Source of the DNA: Octopus sinensis
Taxonomy: Eukaryota
Assembly: GCF_006345805.1 (NCBI RefSeq)
Contig: NC_043005.1
Location: 71,858,001-71,922,000, forward strand
Length of the DNA: 64,000 nt
Direction: 5' to 3'
Part shown: positions 43,401 to 56,560 of the stretch, one piece after another
Position numbering within the stretch: the stretch's first letter is position 1
How the letters are laid out: every line of letters begins with the position of its first letter
The notes under the pieces: model-generated
The model's input: only the letters and a program-made list of their open reading frames with translations
Told to the model about the DNA's origin: nothing
Database searches by the model: none
Position numbers and translations under genes: made by a program

Positions 43401-43869
43401 GATAGGTATGTGTGAGTGTGCTTGTGTCTCCATGTCTTGACATCATGTGATGCTTGTAAGCAAGTGTCTCTGCCATTCAGGCAATGTCCTTCATTTCCAA
43501 TCCTCAGTGTAAACCTATCCAGAAGTACAAAATATGCCTCAATGAATTCCATCTGTCCAAGTAAGCATCAAACAGTGGATGCAAAACCTAACGTTGTTCT
43601 AGATGTTGCTATACACATGTATAGGTGTGTTTGCTAGTCTTGTTACATGTGTGTGTGTGTGTGTGTGTTTGTGTACCTGTGTGGGTGCATGCATACATTA
43701 AACTGGTTATTCTCTGACCTGCGTTACTTTCTGCTGTTTTGTTTGTTTAACTTATTATGTAGAGGAACACAAACTAAATATGTATGTCTACCTAGATTCT
43801 TCACACCAACTCGAACAGCTGTTTTATTTATAAATATTTTCTTGTATTTTTGTTTTCTGTCTTTTTCTT

Positions 43870-43915
43870 TGCTGTTGCTGTTGTTGTTGTTGTTGTTATT
43901 ATTATTATTATTATT

Positions 43916-43991
<76 letters not shown>

Positions 43992-44103
43992 TAGTGTTAT
44001 TTTTATCACAGGCTTTCATTGCACTACTGAGCACAGCTCTGTGTGCCTTGGGTATGTGCAGTGGTTTGTTGTGGTGGTGCTCTTATTTTCACTTTATTGA
44101 AAG

Positions 44104-44156
<53 letters not shown>

Positions 44157-44800
44157 CATCATCATCATCATTATTATTATTGGTGGTGGTGGATGGTGGA
44201 TGGTGGTGGTGGATGGTGCTGGTGGTGGTGTGGTGGTGGTGGATGATGGTGCTGGTGGTGGTGTGGTGGTGGTGGTGAATGGTGGTGGTGTGGTGATGGT
44301 GGTGGTGGTGGAGTGGTATTGGTGGTGGTGGTGGAGTGGTAGTGGTGGTGGATGGTGGTGGTGGATGGTGGTGGTGTGGTGATGGTGGATGATTGTGGTG
44401 GTGATGGTGTGATAGTGGTGGTGGTGGTGGATGGTGGTAGTGTGGTGGTGTGGTGATGGTGGATGGTGGTGGATGAGGCAGCGGCGATGGTGATAATGGT
44501 GTTGACAGTGGTGGTGATGATGATGATGGTGGTGGATGAAGTGATGCTGGTGCTGACAGTGATGGTCATATTGACAGTGATGGTGGTAGTGGTGGTGGTG
44601 CAGATGTGGTGGTGGTAGTAATATTCTAATTGTTGATGATGATGCTGGTGGTAGGGGTGGTGACAATGATAGTATGGGTGGAGTTGATGTGTTAGTTGTG
44701 GTTATGTTAATGGTGTGGATGGCGATGTTGTTATTGATGCTGATGGTTGTGATGGCAATGGTGTCCATAGCAGCGTTGTTGTTGCTGTTGGGGGTGAAGA
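43870..44800. repeat. (TAT)n arrays grading into (GGT)n/(GAT)n low-complexity sequence
   Basis: Read directly from the sequence. Confidence 0.9.
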
Positions 44801-45229
44801 GAAACATACCCTTTTTCTTTTGTTTTCTTTTACCATTATTATTATTATTATTATTATTATTTATTTATTTTTACCTTCCTTCTGTCTTAATCTCTTAGTT
44901 CCAGAATAGCTCATGCTTTCTTTTCATTGGCAGCTTACCAATTTGCAAATCTCCTGCGTCTCACCACTATACATAAAATAAATAAATAAATAATGTCATC
45001 AGACAAGCCTTTTGTATATACCCCTATCTCACCCATGCATCCATTTGTTCTTACCAGTACCCCTAACTTCAAAGCTGATTTAGGAATCAATACAATTGTG
45101 TTTTACCCCAAGAAGTCATCAAATATAGATTTTCTTTTCTATTTATTCTAAAAATGTACACACCGTATCTATCATTTATCTTTCTACCAGCATACACACA
45201 TTGATACACACCCATATATGTATATATAC

Positions 45230-45337
45230 AAGTATATGTATGTGTGTGAATACATATGTGTATATATGCATATATATATATATATATATAGATAGATAGA
45301 TAGATAGATAGATATAGATATATATATATATATATAG

Positions 45338-45392
<55 letters not shown>

Positions 45393-45752
45393 GTATGTAT
45401 ATATAGATATATATGTATGTATATATATATATATATGTATGTATATATATATATGTGTGTATGTATATATGTGTATGTATATATATGTATTATATATATA
45501 TATAGATATATATATATATATATATGTATGTATATATAGATATATATGTATGTATATATATATATTATGTATGTATTATATATGTGTGTATGTATATATG
45601 TGTATGTATATATATGTATATATATATATATGCATGTATATATATATGTATGTATTATATATATATATGTATATATACATATACACACACACCTACATAC
45701 ATATATGTACGTATGTATACGTGTGTGTGTAAATATATATATATATATTATA

Positions 45753-45788
<36 letters not shown>

Positions 45789-45861
45789 TGTATGTATGTA
45801 TGTATGTATGTATATGTATGTATGTATAATATATATATATATATATATAATATATATATAT

Positions 45862-45893
<32 letters not shown>

Positions 45894-45900
45894 TGTATAT
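45230..45900. repeat. TA/TATG compound microsatellite field
   Basis: Read directly from the sequence. Confidence 0.95.
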
Positions 45901-46873
45901 ATTTTATGTCTCTAATTATATTCATGCACATATACAAAGTTTTCTTTCATTCAGTACTAATGGCATTGCATAGATCAAATTTACTTGTGTTTCCCAATCC
46001 CTCTTGGCCATAATATTGAGGGTTTTTTTTAATATTTATTCTTATTGTTATTTTACTTTCACATTTGCCAGTCATATGACCCTTCTCTAGAACTGATACC
46101 TGAGCAAACAAATCTTATGGCCCCTAATTAGAGAACCTAAGTTATGCTCTAGCATGTATCTTTATTTGTAGATTTCTCATCTTAGCAACAGAAGGTTGTT
46201 GATTAGCCAAGGAAGCAGCTTCAGTAAGTATTCATGAAGCATAGCTACTGTATTTAGACACTTCCCAAATCACTTATCGATAAGGCTATTGGTTTTGTCT
46301 TGTATTTATTATTTTTTTTATCTTTTATCACATTTTGTGAGCAAGGATAGCTTTGTTGTTTGCAGGTTTTCAATGAACCAATTACTGCTTCGCTAAATTT
46401 GTAATGATGTTAGTGACAAGGGAGTATTTATGTAACACAGGCAGAACAAATGCATCAAAGTATATCCGTTCAAAAGCATTGGCTTATTGTTTTTCTCAGC
46501 AATGTTTATATGTTTTGCTCACATACCTAGGTACATATATCTATTCACAAGTGAATAAGTATATGTACCTCGGTATATGAACATACACCTATTCACAAAT
46601 GAACCTATTCACAGCACATGCACACATACACACACACATGCACATATACACACACACATGCATGCACACTCACTCATACACATGATATGGGCTTTTGCAA
46701 AGTTACTGTCTGATAAATTTCATTCCCATGATATTGGCAAACCTGAGACATTTTCCAAAGATGCTGTGCTATGGTAATTCAACCTATAAACCCCCTTAGA
46801 AACAAACCTAACTCCTTAACCAATGAGCAATGCTTCTGCCTACTTCCTAATTTAATGTCAGTATCATACATGA

Positions 46874-47065
46874 GCAGCAGTGGCTGAGTAATAAGTAGCT
46901 TGCTTACCAACCACATAGTTCCAGGTTCAGTCCCACTGTGTGGCACCTTGGGCAAGTGTCCTCTACTATAGCCTTAGGCCTACCAAAGCCTTCTGAGTGG
47001 ATTTGGTAGACAAAAACTGTGAGTGGATTTGATAAATGGAAACTGAAAGAAGACCGTCGTATATA

Positions 47066-47113
<48 letters not shown>

Positions 47114-47330
47114 ACATGTGTGTGTGTTTGTCCCCCCAACATTGCATGACAGCCGATGCTGGTGTGTCTACGTCCCCGTAACTTAGTGGTTCGGCAAAAG
47201 AGACCAATAGAACAAGTACTAGGCTTCCAAAGAATAAGTCCTGGGGTCGACTTGCTCAACTAAAGGCGGTGCTCCAGCATGGCTGCAGTCAAATGACTGA
47301 AACAAGTAAAAGAGTAAAAGAGAGAAAGAG
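46874..47330 (+). mobile_element. SINE family A, full length, with a short internal duplication of gagtggatttg
   Basis: gcagcagtggctg..ccaggttcagtcccactg..ggcaagtgtc..(TA)n..cagcatggctgcagtcaaatgactgaaacaagtaaaagagtaaaag. Confidence 0.85.
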
Positions 47331-49169
47331 TATCATCACCAATGTCTTGTCACACATATTTTACACTTCCCCTTCCTCTTCATATTTCTTACTAATGAGC
47401 TAAAAGTTGTTGATCCAAGGCACTCCAGCCATGACGATTTCAAAGGACTAGATTATCCAATCACTCCTTTGTTTTGTTTTTATGAGAGCAGGTCACGATA
47501 TAAAAGAGATTTTGTTGTTTCTTGCTGGTCAAGTAATTATGTAAATAGGTGAGTGTTGGCCCAAGAAAGGTCATAGGGCCACAGAAAGTCTGCCTTACCA
47601 AATTCTATCTGAACTATACAAGTATAGAAAAGTAGATATTACAACTATGAGGATGATGATGATGATGATGATGATAGTGACATCAACAATGTAAACAGCA
47701 ATTGCAGTGATGGCAACTACTACTGCTATCACACTAATTATCGTCGTCATCGCCGCCACCATCATCATCGTCGTCATCCCTTACTCCAGTCCTTGAAGTC
47801 TATAATTTGAAGTGTGTTTAATCTCTTGATGGACGCCTCTGAAAATAGATGGTCAACCAATTAACTCTTTATTGCACTGAAGACCATTTTGAATTTAGTG
47901 CCATTTAATTAAGTATGTAATGAAGAAAAATTTTTATTAAGTATTCAGAAAAATGTAATTACACTTATCATGAAGATGTGATTACAGATATTGAAGTATG
48001 AAATAAAAAAAGAAACTGTTCTTTTAACGACATTTTAATGACAAAGTTACAATTAACGCAATTAAAATTTTGACACTAAATTATGAATGTTTAAGTAAAA
48101 GTTAACAGATATTGTGTGTTTTTGAGCAGTTAATATTTGTCTTCTTCACTGTAAAATAAATAATGTTACATAATAAACAATGGTGTATTTCTTAATGAAA
48201 ATCTAGACTTCTAGATGGCTGCAGACATTTCATAAATAAGGAGCTATTGGGTAGGTCAAGAAGCTTCTTAGTAATTTCATTGGATTCAAGAAGTAGAGAT
48301 AGTATATTACCACAAACTTATTTAATACTTTGATGGCTTTTTGTTTTCATGAATACCATCCATGTTTACTACAAAATGTCGATTGTTGAATTTAATCTAT
48401 TCATACTATACTTTAGAAATATGGAAACTTCTTTTTCGATATTCAGAGTAGTATTAAAATTGGTTGAGTTAAGAGAATATTGGGCTTCCAGCTTAAAATT
48501 TAAAGATTTGTGTTTGTCACCTTTTCTTCACCATGATGATGAATAGGTTTATGCTTCTGTTTTATTATTCATAGTTTTATCTACTTTGAGTTCAACTGTT
48601 TAAAATTACTTATTTCATGTCACTTGAAGTGTCTAAATTCTTGACATAAACAACATATAATTCTCACAAGTCAAAAACAAAGATTCTAAGTTAGTTTGGA
48701 GAAATTTGAAGGATTACTTCGCACCAATGGTAGAATGTCTGTCATATTTACAGAGGTGGTGGGTTCAAGTCCCTCCAACGTTTTTCTGTTCAAAGGGTAT
48801 TTTAGCATAATATTTATGTATTAAAAGGTGGCCTGGTATACAAACGATTCTACTAGCTCACCACCCTACTACTACTAATAATTATAATAATATGCACACA
48901 CACACACATTTGATATGATATGCATACATATTTGTGTATCTAAGAATCTATGGATCAGCGTATTATTAATAATCATGCTATTAACATTAGTGTATTTATT
49001 AGTATGCAACCTAACAAGCCAGCTGAGAACTTAGAGCTAAAATCGAGCTCAACAGGATTTGAATTCAGAATGGTAGAATGTCTGTAATATTTACAGAGGG
49101 TGTGAGTTCAAGTCCTTTCAAATTTTTCTATTCAAAGGGTGTTTTAGCATAATATTTATGCATTTTAAG

Positions 49170-49577
49170 GCAGCAATCTAGCAGAAATGTTAGCACGCTG
49201 GGTAAAATGCTTAGCAGTATTTCATCTGTCTTTATGTTCTGAGTTTGAATTCCACTGAGGTTAACTTTATCTTTCATCCTTTTGGAGTCGATAAATTAAG
49301 TGCCAGTTGTGTACTTTTTTCTATTTAATGGGTGTTTTAGCATAATATTTATGTATTATAAGGCGGTGGTCTGGCAGAAATGTTAGCATGCTCGGCAAAA
49401 TACTTAGCAGTATTTTGTCTGTCTTTATGTTCTGAGTTCAAATTCCACTGAGGTCAACTTTATCTTTCATCCTTTCGAGGTCAATAAAATAAGTACCAGT
49501 TGCATACTGAGGTTAATCTAATTGACTGGCCCCCTTCCCCAAAATTTCGGACCTTGTACCTAGAGTAGGAAAGAATA
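49170..49577 (+). mobile_element. Two tandem family B SINEs (truncated 49170-49315; full 49362-49577)
   Basis: gcagaaatgttagca..gcttagcagtattt..gagtt(t/c)(g/a)aattccactgagg occurs twice; the second ends cctagagtaggaaagaat. Confidence 0.8.
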
Positions 49578-49837
49578 GGAAAGTAGGGTGTATATGAAAC
49601 TAAATACAGCAATGTATTTTTTATGATGCTCTACTACTCCTGCTAATTGACTGTCTTAAAACAATAAGTAATAAAGCTGTGTTGGAGCAATCATCTGTTA
49701 AACTTGTGTTACTACAACATATGCCAATCATCATAAATTCAGTTATATATTACATATTTCTTCCCTTATGACAAGAATTACTCTCATTATACTTGTTACT
49801 TAGGTATATCTTTCTCTTTATTTTTCCTTATAATTTA

Positions 49838-50224
49838 CTAGCAGTATTGCCCGGCGTTACTTGAATTTGTTTCGACCCTTTAGAATTGGAATTTTTGAAA
49901 AACAAAAATTTTGCATTATGTAGCTTGTTATTTTCTTTAAGTGAACATTTTTCTGGTTGAAATACACCAAAAAATGGCGACACAACAGTAAAAAATCGTA
50001 AAAAATAGGGATTTTCATAGAAAAAAAGCACCTTTTTGATGTAAATAATTTTTGGTGTTAACATAGTCCGATTTGAAATTTTCCTTCTGCGGAAGGAAGA
50101 GCAAGCCTTCTTCTATCATACTCTCAATTTTGGTCAACTTGTGCTACAGGGTCTTGGAGAAGATAATGTTAGTTGAAAGCTACCAAACCTGCCATACACA
50201 TACAACTTCAGCTTTATATATAGA
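49838..50224 (-). mobile_element. Helitron-like non-autonomous element
   Basis: Minus strand 5'-TCTATATATAAAGCTG...AACGCCGGGCAATACTGCTAG|T-3': TC start, GC-rich subterminal segment, CTAG end followed by T. Confidence 0.7.
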
Positions 50225-51136
50225 GAGAGATATATAGTTCTTTCACTTAAATCTTACCATTATTATAATTATTCTACTGTGATGAGATCTTTACAATAAT
50301 TAAACAAACAAATAAAATATATATGGCTCACAAAATGTATTGCGTGTTTCAGCTTCTTTTATTTTGGTTCCGCTAATTTCAATAGCTGATTATTATATTT
50401 GTCTTCTGGTTGTAGTAAGCTTTGTTTTTGTTTTTTTGCCTCTACTTCTTCTTTCTAAGAAATGGGATACTATCCTATAATATTTTGGCAATAAATTTTC
50501 CCAGCACTCAAGTAACTAACTCAATTAAGAGGAAGCTTATTGCAGAAAGAGAATTTCAATGCTCTACAACAACACAGTGCTGAATTGCCAGTGTTTGATC
50601 GATGACATTAGCTATATTACTGGTATTTCAATACAAGAACATCCGTCCAATAAAGTAGTTCACAAGATGAAGAAATACAAACTAACTTACACAAACATGC
50701 ACACAGATGTATAAGCATACATATGTGTGCGTTGCATTATTTAACGCCAATGTTCCATACTGGCACAGGACAAACAGTTTGACAGGATCTGATGTATCCA
50801 AGGACTGCATCGAAATCCAATGTCTACCATGGCATGATTGTTATGGCTGGCTGCCTTTCCAAACACTAACCACCTTAGAGTGTGCCCTATATACGTGTAT
50901 ATATATAAATATATATATATATGTGTGTGTGTGTATATATATAAAGTACCAGCTACGCACTGGGGTCGATGTAATCGACTTAATTCCTTTGTCTGTCCTT
51001 GTTTGTCCCCTCTGTGTTTAGCCCCTTGTGGGTAGTAAAGAAATATATATATATACATATGCATATATATATATATATTTGTACATATATATATATATGT
51101 ACACACACACATACACACACACACATATATATATAG

Positions 51137-51187
<51 letters not shown>

Positions 51188-53041
51188 AAGGGCCTGGAAC
51201 AACATAAAATGGAACATTTTGCTCAAGAAAATAGTATACCACCCAGTCCAGGAACTGAAAGTATGGTCCTGTGATTATGAGTGCAACACCCTAACCACTA
51301 GGTCATGCACTATTATAATTTTCTGCAAAACAAGATTAAGTCTAGTCTTCACTGATGCACCACATATGAATCAATGAATTCTAAAACTCATCATTACCTA
51401 GAGCTCAAAGAAATGTTTCTTGGAATTTTTTTTTTATTTCATTGATCTTGTGGTGTTTGGTGGGGTAGGTTGGTAGTTGTTAAGATAAATTTCTCAAAAT
51501 GTTTCATTGGATAATATACCTGCAGATGACCTTTTTCCTTCTAAGTGATCCAAAATTGGAAAAAAAAAAAAAATAGCCATATTATTAGCAAATGCCAAGC
51601 CATAAAAGCAGCAGAAATACTTTTCACACGATGAAAAGAAAAAGGATAAGCCAAAAAATCAAATAGCAATTTGCACAAGACAGTGAAGAAAAAAAAAATG
51701 AAATGACCTTTTCTATTATCTATCCAATAATTCTTTGGTTTGCTGGTCGGTCAAACCAGCTTTTTGTTTTATTATTTTTTTAATATTTTTTATTTTTGTT
51801 TTTTTTTCTCTCCTCATTCCTGTTTGTCTAATATACATTGCTGTCTGTAAGTTTTTGGTGAAGCAGAAATGTAGAAAAAAAAGTTATTTCACTGAATGCT
51901 TGGAAAATCAAACACGTTAGGAACTTGTACTTGGTTGCAGTTGCTATACTTTCTAGAAGTAACAATCAAATTTCCCTCAAATTACACCCTATTCTCAAAG
52001 ACAAAAAGAACAACGAAGGAGAGAGAGATTGAATAATATAGTCTGGAATAAACTATGCCAAGAAATAAAAGAGTAAATGATTTGCAAGGAATGATAATGA
52101 AATGGGACAGTCAAAGAAGCATCAGTTAGTTCAGGCAGCACCAACATCAGCTAAGCAACAAAATACAATAATTTTCTATTGCTGTTTCTGCAGTCATTTT
52201 GCCATATTGATCAAGACAAGATTGTTTTGTGTGACCAGTGCTGTTGTTATTCATATTCAGACCTAGGTCCCGATCAAACAGACTGATGTTCAAAAGACTT
52301 TCAACCATGACCATTCTCACTTTTTTCCTAAGAAAAAAGGGTGCTGTTACAGGAAGATTTTAATAGTTATTGTTTAACACTTGGTCAGGTTTGACTAGGC
52401 AAATCTGTGATCAAAAGCATTCCAGCCATACAAGTTTTCTTCTCTGCAGCTGCTGACACAGTGTGTTGCATTGAGAGGGGAGTAAACTCATCTAGTGACA
52501 TAATCTGCCTACAGCATGCTAAAGGTTAAGAACATTTTGGACAATATAGTTCATGACACCCTATGTTTGAATAGAAGATGAGGTAGTTGTGGCTGGAAAG
52601 GTCTTTGAGCATAAGTGTACTTGATCTGGGTAGATTTACGACTAAACAACAAGTACAACCATTAACTCAAATATATTACAGCAATTCAGCAGTTTATGTT
52701 GAATCACCACAATAAAAAGCAAAGAGATTTAATGGAAATCTAAGTTAATTACATTTCTTTTTCATTCACAACAATTCTAGATATTTGTATGATTCAAATA
52801 TGTCATTCTTGAAGTTGTAAATATTTTTATACTCATCAAACTCATGTTTAAAAAAGTTTTTTTTTCTGCACAATATTCAGTGGAACTGGTGTCTGCTGCA
52901 CACACACATACCAACACATCAGATATACATACATACACACATACATACATACATATATATACATATACACACATATATATATACATATACATATATATAT
53001 ATACACAAACATACAAATATATGTATGGATACATATCAGTA

Positions 53042-53090
<49 letters not shown>

Positions 53091-53929
53091 TCACATATAT
53101 GTGTATATATATACATACACATATATGTGTATATACATATATTATATACATATGTACATATACATATACAAATATATATATATACACATGCACACACTTA
53201 CACACACACACATATATATGTATATATGCACACATGTATATATATATATATAGTTATATATATATTTGTACATGAAATTTATTGTATTATTAATATTCAT
53301 CATTTCTAGTGTTCTTTGCATGCGCATCCTTTCATGTATATAGATTACATAAATTTTAGCTTTACTGTAGTCAAATCTATTACATAATTATATAGCAAAA
53401 TATGTATTGGCAAATAATATATAATTATATATATATATTTATTTTATGATGCACAATACACCATGAATCAAAAGTAGTGAAACTGAATCTAAATAGCAGA
53501 AAGCTTTGCTTGTGACAATATATGATATAAGAATGTAAAAATGTTAGTTCTATATTTTCAGTTCAGTCTGCAGGAACGGAAGCATGGACTCTTCCAACAA
53601 TTATTCCACATTTTGTTGATTGCTTCATATCAGCAAATAGTTCTTCAATATGTGTGTGTGTGTGGTGTGTGTGTGTGTGTGTGTGTATGGTGTGTGAGTG
53701 TGTGTGTGTGTGTGGTGTGTGTGTGTGAGTGTGGTTGTGTGTGTATGTCTTTGCATGTGTGTCTTTGTGTATGTGTGTGGTGTGGTTATGTGTGTGTATG
53801 GATGTGCATGTGTGCGTATATCGTTGTGTGTGTGTGTCTTTGCACGTGTCTTTGTGTGTGTGTGTCTTTGTGTGTAGTGTGGTTATGTGTGTGCATGAAT
53901 GTGTGTTTGTGTGTGTGTGTGTGCTTGTG

Positions 53930-54378
53930 TCTGTCTTTGTCCTTCATCACTGTTTGATTACCAGTGTTGGTATGTTTACACCCCTGTTCTGTAAAAAGAG
54001 ACCGATAAAATAAGCGTGATCGTTGCCAGCGTCACCGTACCACCACATGTGCCAGTGGCATGAGAAAAGCAACATTCAAGCATGGTCGTTGCCAGTGCCA
54101 CCAGACTGGCTTCCATGCAGGTAGCATGTAAAAAACACCTTTTGAGCGTGGTCTTTGCCAGAACCACCTGAATGGCCCTCATGCCGGTGGCAAGTAAAAA
54201 GCACCCACTACACTCTTGGAGTGGTTGGCATTAGGAAGGGCATCCAGCTGTAGAAACCTTGCCAGATCAGATTGGAGCTTGATGCAGCCTTCTGGCTCAC
54301 CAGTCCACAGTCAAACCATCCAACCCATGCCAGCAAGGAAAGCGGACGTTAAATGACAATGATGATGATAATGATGAT
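53930..54378 (+). mobile_element. Family C copy with three internal ~65-70 bp repeats, preceded by family A-like 3' sequence
   Basis: cgtg(a/g)tc(g/t)ttgccag....(gcatg/gcaag)..aaaa.cac occurs three times (54014-54210), then ttaggaagggcatccagctgtagaaacc..ggacgttaaatgacaatgatgatg. Confidence 0.78.
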
Positions 54379-54493
54379 ATATATTTGTACACACATGCAT
54401 ACATTTGTGTGCGTGTGTATATGTGTGAGTGTGTGTTTGTATGCTTGTATGTATGAAACAAAATGTCATCTGGATTCTCTACATATTGTTTAA

Positions 54494-54713
54494 CTCTTTA
54501 GCATTCAAACCGGCCATATCTGGCCAAAATATTCCCCCAGTTTTATATTGAAACTGAGCAGATTAGGCCTCTCACACCTACCCTACGATGTCATTTTAAA
54601 ACTAAACAATCACATAATTGAAATCTGTAAACTACATGATGATAGATGATTAATTCAGCACAATATAAATAAACAAGCATCATTTTTGCCAGAATAATTT
54701 GAATAATAAAGGG
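54494..54713. mobile_element. piggyBac-like MITE
   Basis: TTAA at 54490-54493 and 54714-54717. Termini ctctttagcattcaaa / tttgaataataaaggg form a 13/16 inverted match with a GGG right end. Confidence 0.7.
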
Positions 54714-55208
54714 TTAACAAGCTGAAATTCATTTCGCTAAGTTTCTAAGCAAAATGCTTTTCACTCTACATTACTTCAGTTCAAGTTGTCAGATCAGTCT
54801 GTTTCACCAGTCACATGTCCACTTTCTGATTTTACTTTACATGTCTAATCTGTATAATTATTTTTGTAGTCGAAGCTGTTGTAGATAAGCTATATTATCA
54901 ACTGTGTTTCAGCTGCGAACACCCTGTCAATTCTTCCAGTATGTGTGAATAGGTTTAGGTTATAGAATATACTTTAGTTCTTATAATATGCTGGGGTGTG
55001 ATACAAAGCAGAATTATGTGCTATTTCTGACAGTACTGAGTGATCATGTGGTGATCCCTGTACACAGTGGCCAATATACAATGACCAGTTCACTTATGCT
55101 AGAATTAATAAATGTTTGTCATCCATTACATGCTTTTTATTTCTTTCTCCCTAAAAGAACTCTCACTACATTACATACACACAAACACACACACACAAAC
55201 ATGCATAT

Positions 55209-55405
55209 CCTCATCATCATTGTTTAGTGTCCATCTTCCATGCTTCCATGGGTAGGATGGTTGACAGGAGCCAGCCAGGTAGAAGAAGTATCATAGGGTA
55301 AGGGTTTTATGGCTGGATGCCCTTCCTAATATCAACTACTCTGCAGGGTGACTCAGTGCGTTTTACATGGCACTAGCATAGACGAGGTTAGTTTTGGCAT
55401 GATTT
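55209..55405 (-). mobile_element. Repeat family C, diverged
   Basis: catcatcattgtttagtgtccatcttccatgc..ggctggatgcccttcctaat. Confidence 0.65.
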
Positions 55406-55442
55406 TTACATCTAGACATGTATATATATATATATATATTTA

Positions 55443-55907
55443 CTAGCAGTATTGCCTGGCTTTGCAAAATGGTCACATTTAATTCAAAACGTTAAAAATG
55501 TTATGAAAACAATTGGTATGTATTCACAAAGTTCAAACGATTAATACGAAAAAACCCTCCAGGCTACATCCTGAAAATTTATTTCTTTGCCGAATTTCTA
55601 CAATGTTTATGGCGATTCATTTTTATATCTTGATTTTTTATTTTTCATGCAATTTACGCATGCTTGCATGCGTGGTGAACACAGTTCACATCAAACAGCT
55701 GACTGAGTAAAGTTTGCATGTGATAAAGCCTAAACAAACACATTATCAAATTTTGCACTTCCGAGATGAATTTCGGAACAGAAATAGCGCAGTTCAATTT
55801 TCCTTCGCCTAAACTTTAAGTGACCCATGTTTGGTGGTTCTACAATTTGTTGGCAAGGAGGTGATGTGCCGGGAAGTTAAACACACCGACACACAAGTGT
55901 TGAGTTT

Positions 55908-55915
<8 letters not shown>
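55443..55915 (-). mobile_element. Helitron-like non-autonomous element
   Basis: Same 3' terminus as 49838 (22/25 identical: tactagcagtattgcc(c/t)ggc(g/t)tt(a/g)c on +). The 5' end merges into (TA)n. Confidence 0.6.
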
Positions 55916-55938
<23 letters not shown>

Positions 55939-55939
55939 T

Positions 55940-56140
55940 ATTTACATTTGATGGATATTTGACCTCATCTTGTTTGTTGTTAACACAATGTTTCGGCTGA
56001 TATACCCTCCAGCTTTAATCAGGTGTCTTGGGGAAATTTGGAACCTGGGTTTTTTGATGTTATTAGTATTATTATAAATTTCCCCAAAACGTTGATTTAA
56101 CAACAAACAATATGTGGACAAATATCCGTCAAATGTAAAT
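55940..56140. mobile_element. Inverted pair of Penelope-like terminal fragments with a hammerhead-like motif
   Basis: 55940-56039 and 56076-56140 are inverted copies. The minus strand of the left copy contains CTGATTA-stem-GAAAC. Confidence 0.55.
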
Positions 56141-56208
56141 TATATACATAATTTCTCATCTCTTAAATATAGAACTGTATGTATATATATATATATATAT
56201 GTATGTAT

Positions 56209-56560
56209 TCTTTTACTTGACTGCAGCCATATTGGGGCACCACCTTTACTCGAGCAAACTGACCCAAGTACTTATTCTATCGGTCTCCTTTGCCAAACTG
56301 CTAAGTTATGGGGATGTAAACACACCAGCATCGGTAGTATGTTTACATCCAGCATCAGTTGACAAACACGGACGCAGAAACATATACACACACACATACA
56401 TATATACATATTTCAGTTTCCATCTACCAAATCCACTCACAAAGCTTTGGTTGGCTTGAGGCTATAGTAGAAGACACTTACCCAAGGTGCCCTGCAATGA
56501 GACTGAACCCAGAACCACGTGGTTGGTAAGCAAGCTACTTACCACACCACCACTCCTGCA
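56209..56560 (-). mobile_element. SINE family A, near full length
   Basis: Collinear with 1868-2302. Confidence 0.8.

Noticed and set aside
44094-44807. 237-aa His/Thr/Pro-rich ORF
   Set aside because: It is the reverse complement of (GGT)/(GAT)/(TAT) repeats, with no splice or codon evidence.
45176-45937. 253-aa ORF, the longest in the track
   Set aside because: It is a translation of a TA/TATG microsatellite (I/Y/H/T only), which lacks stops by composition.
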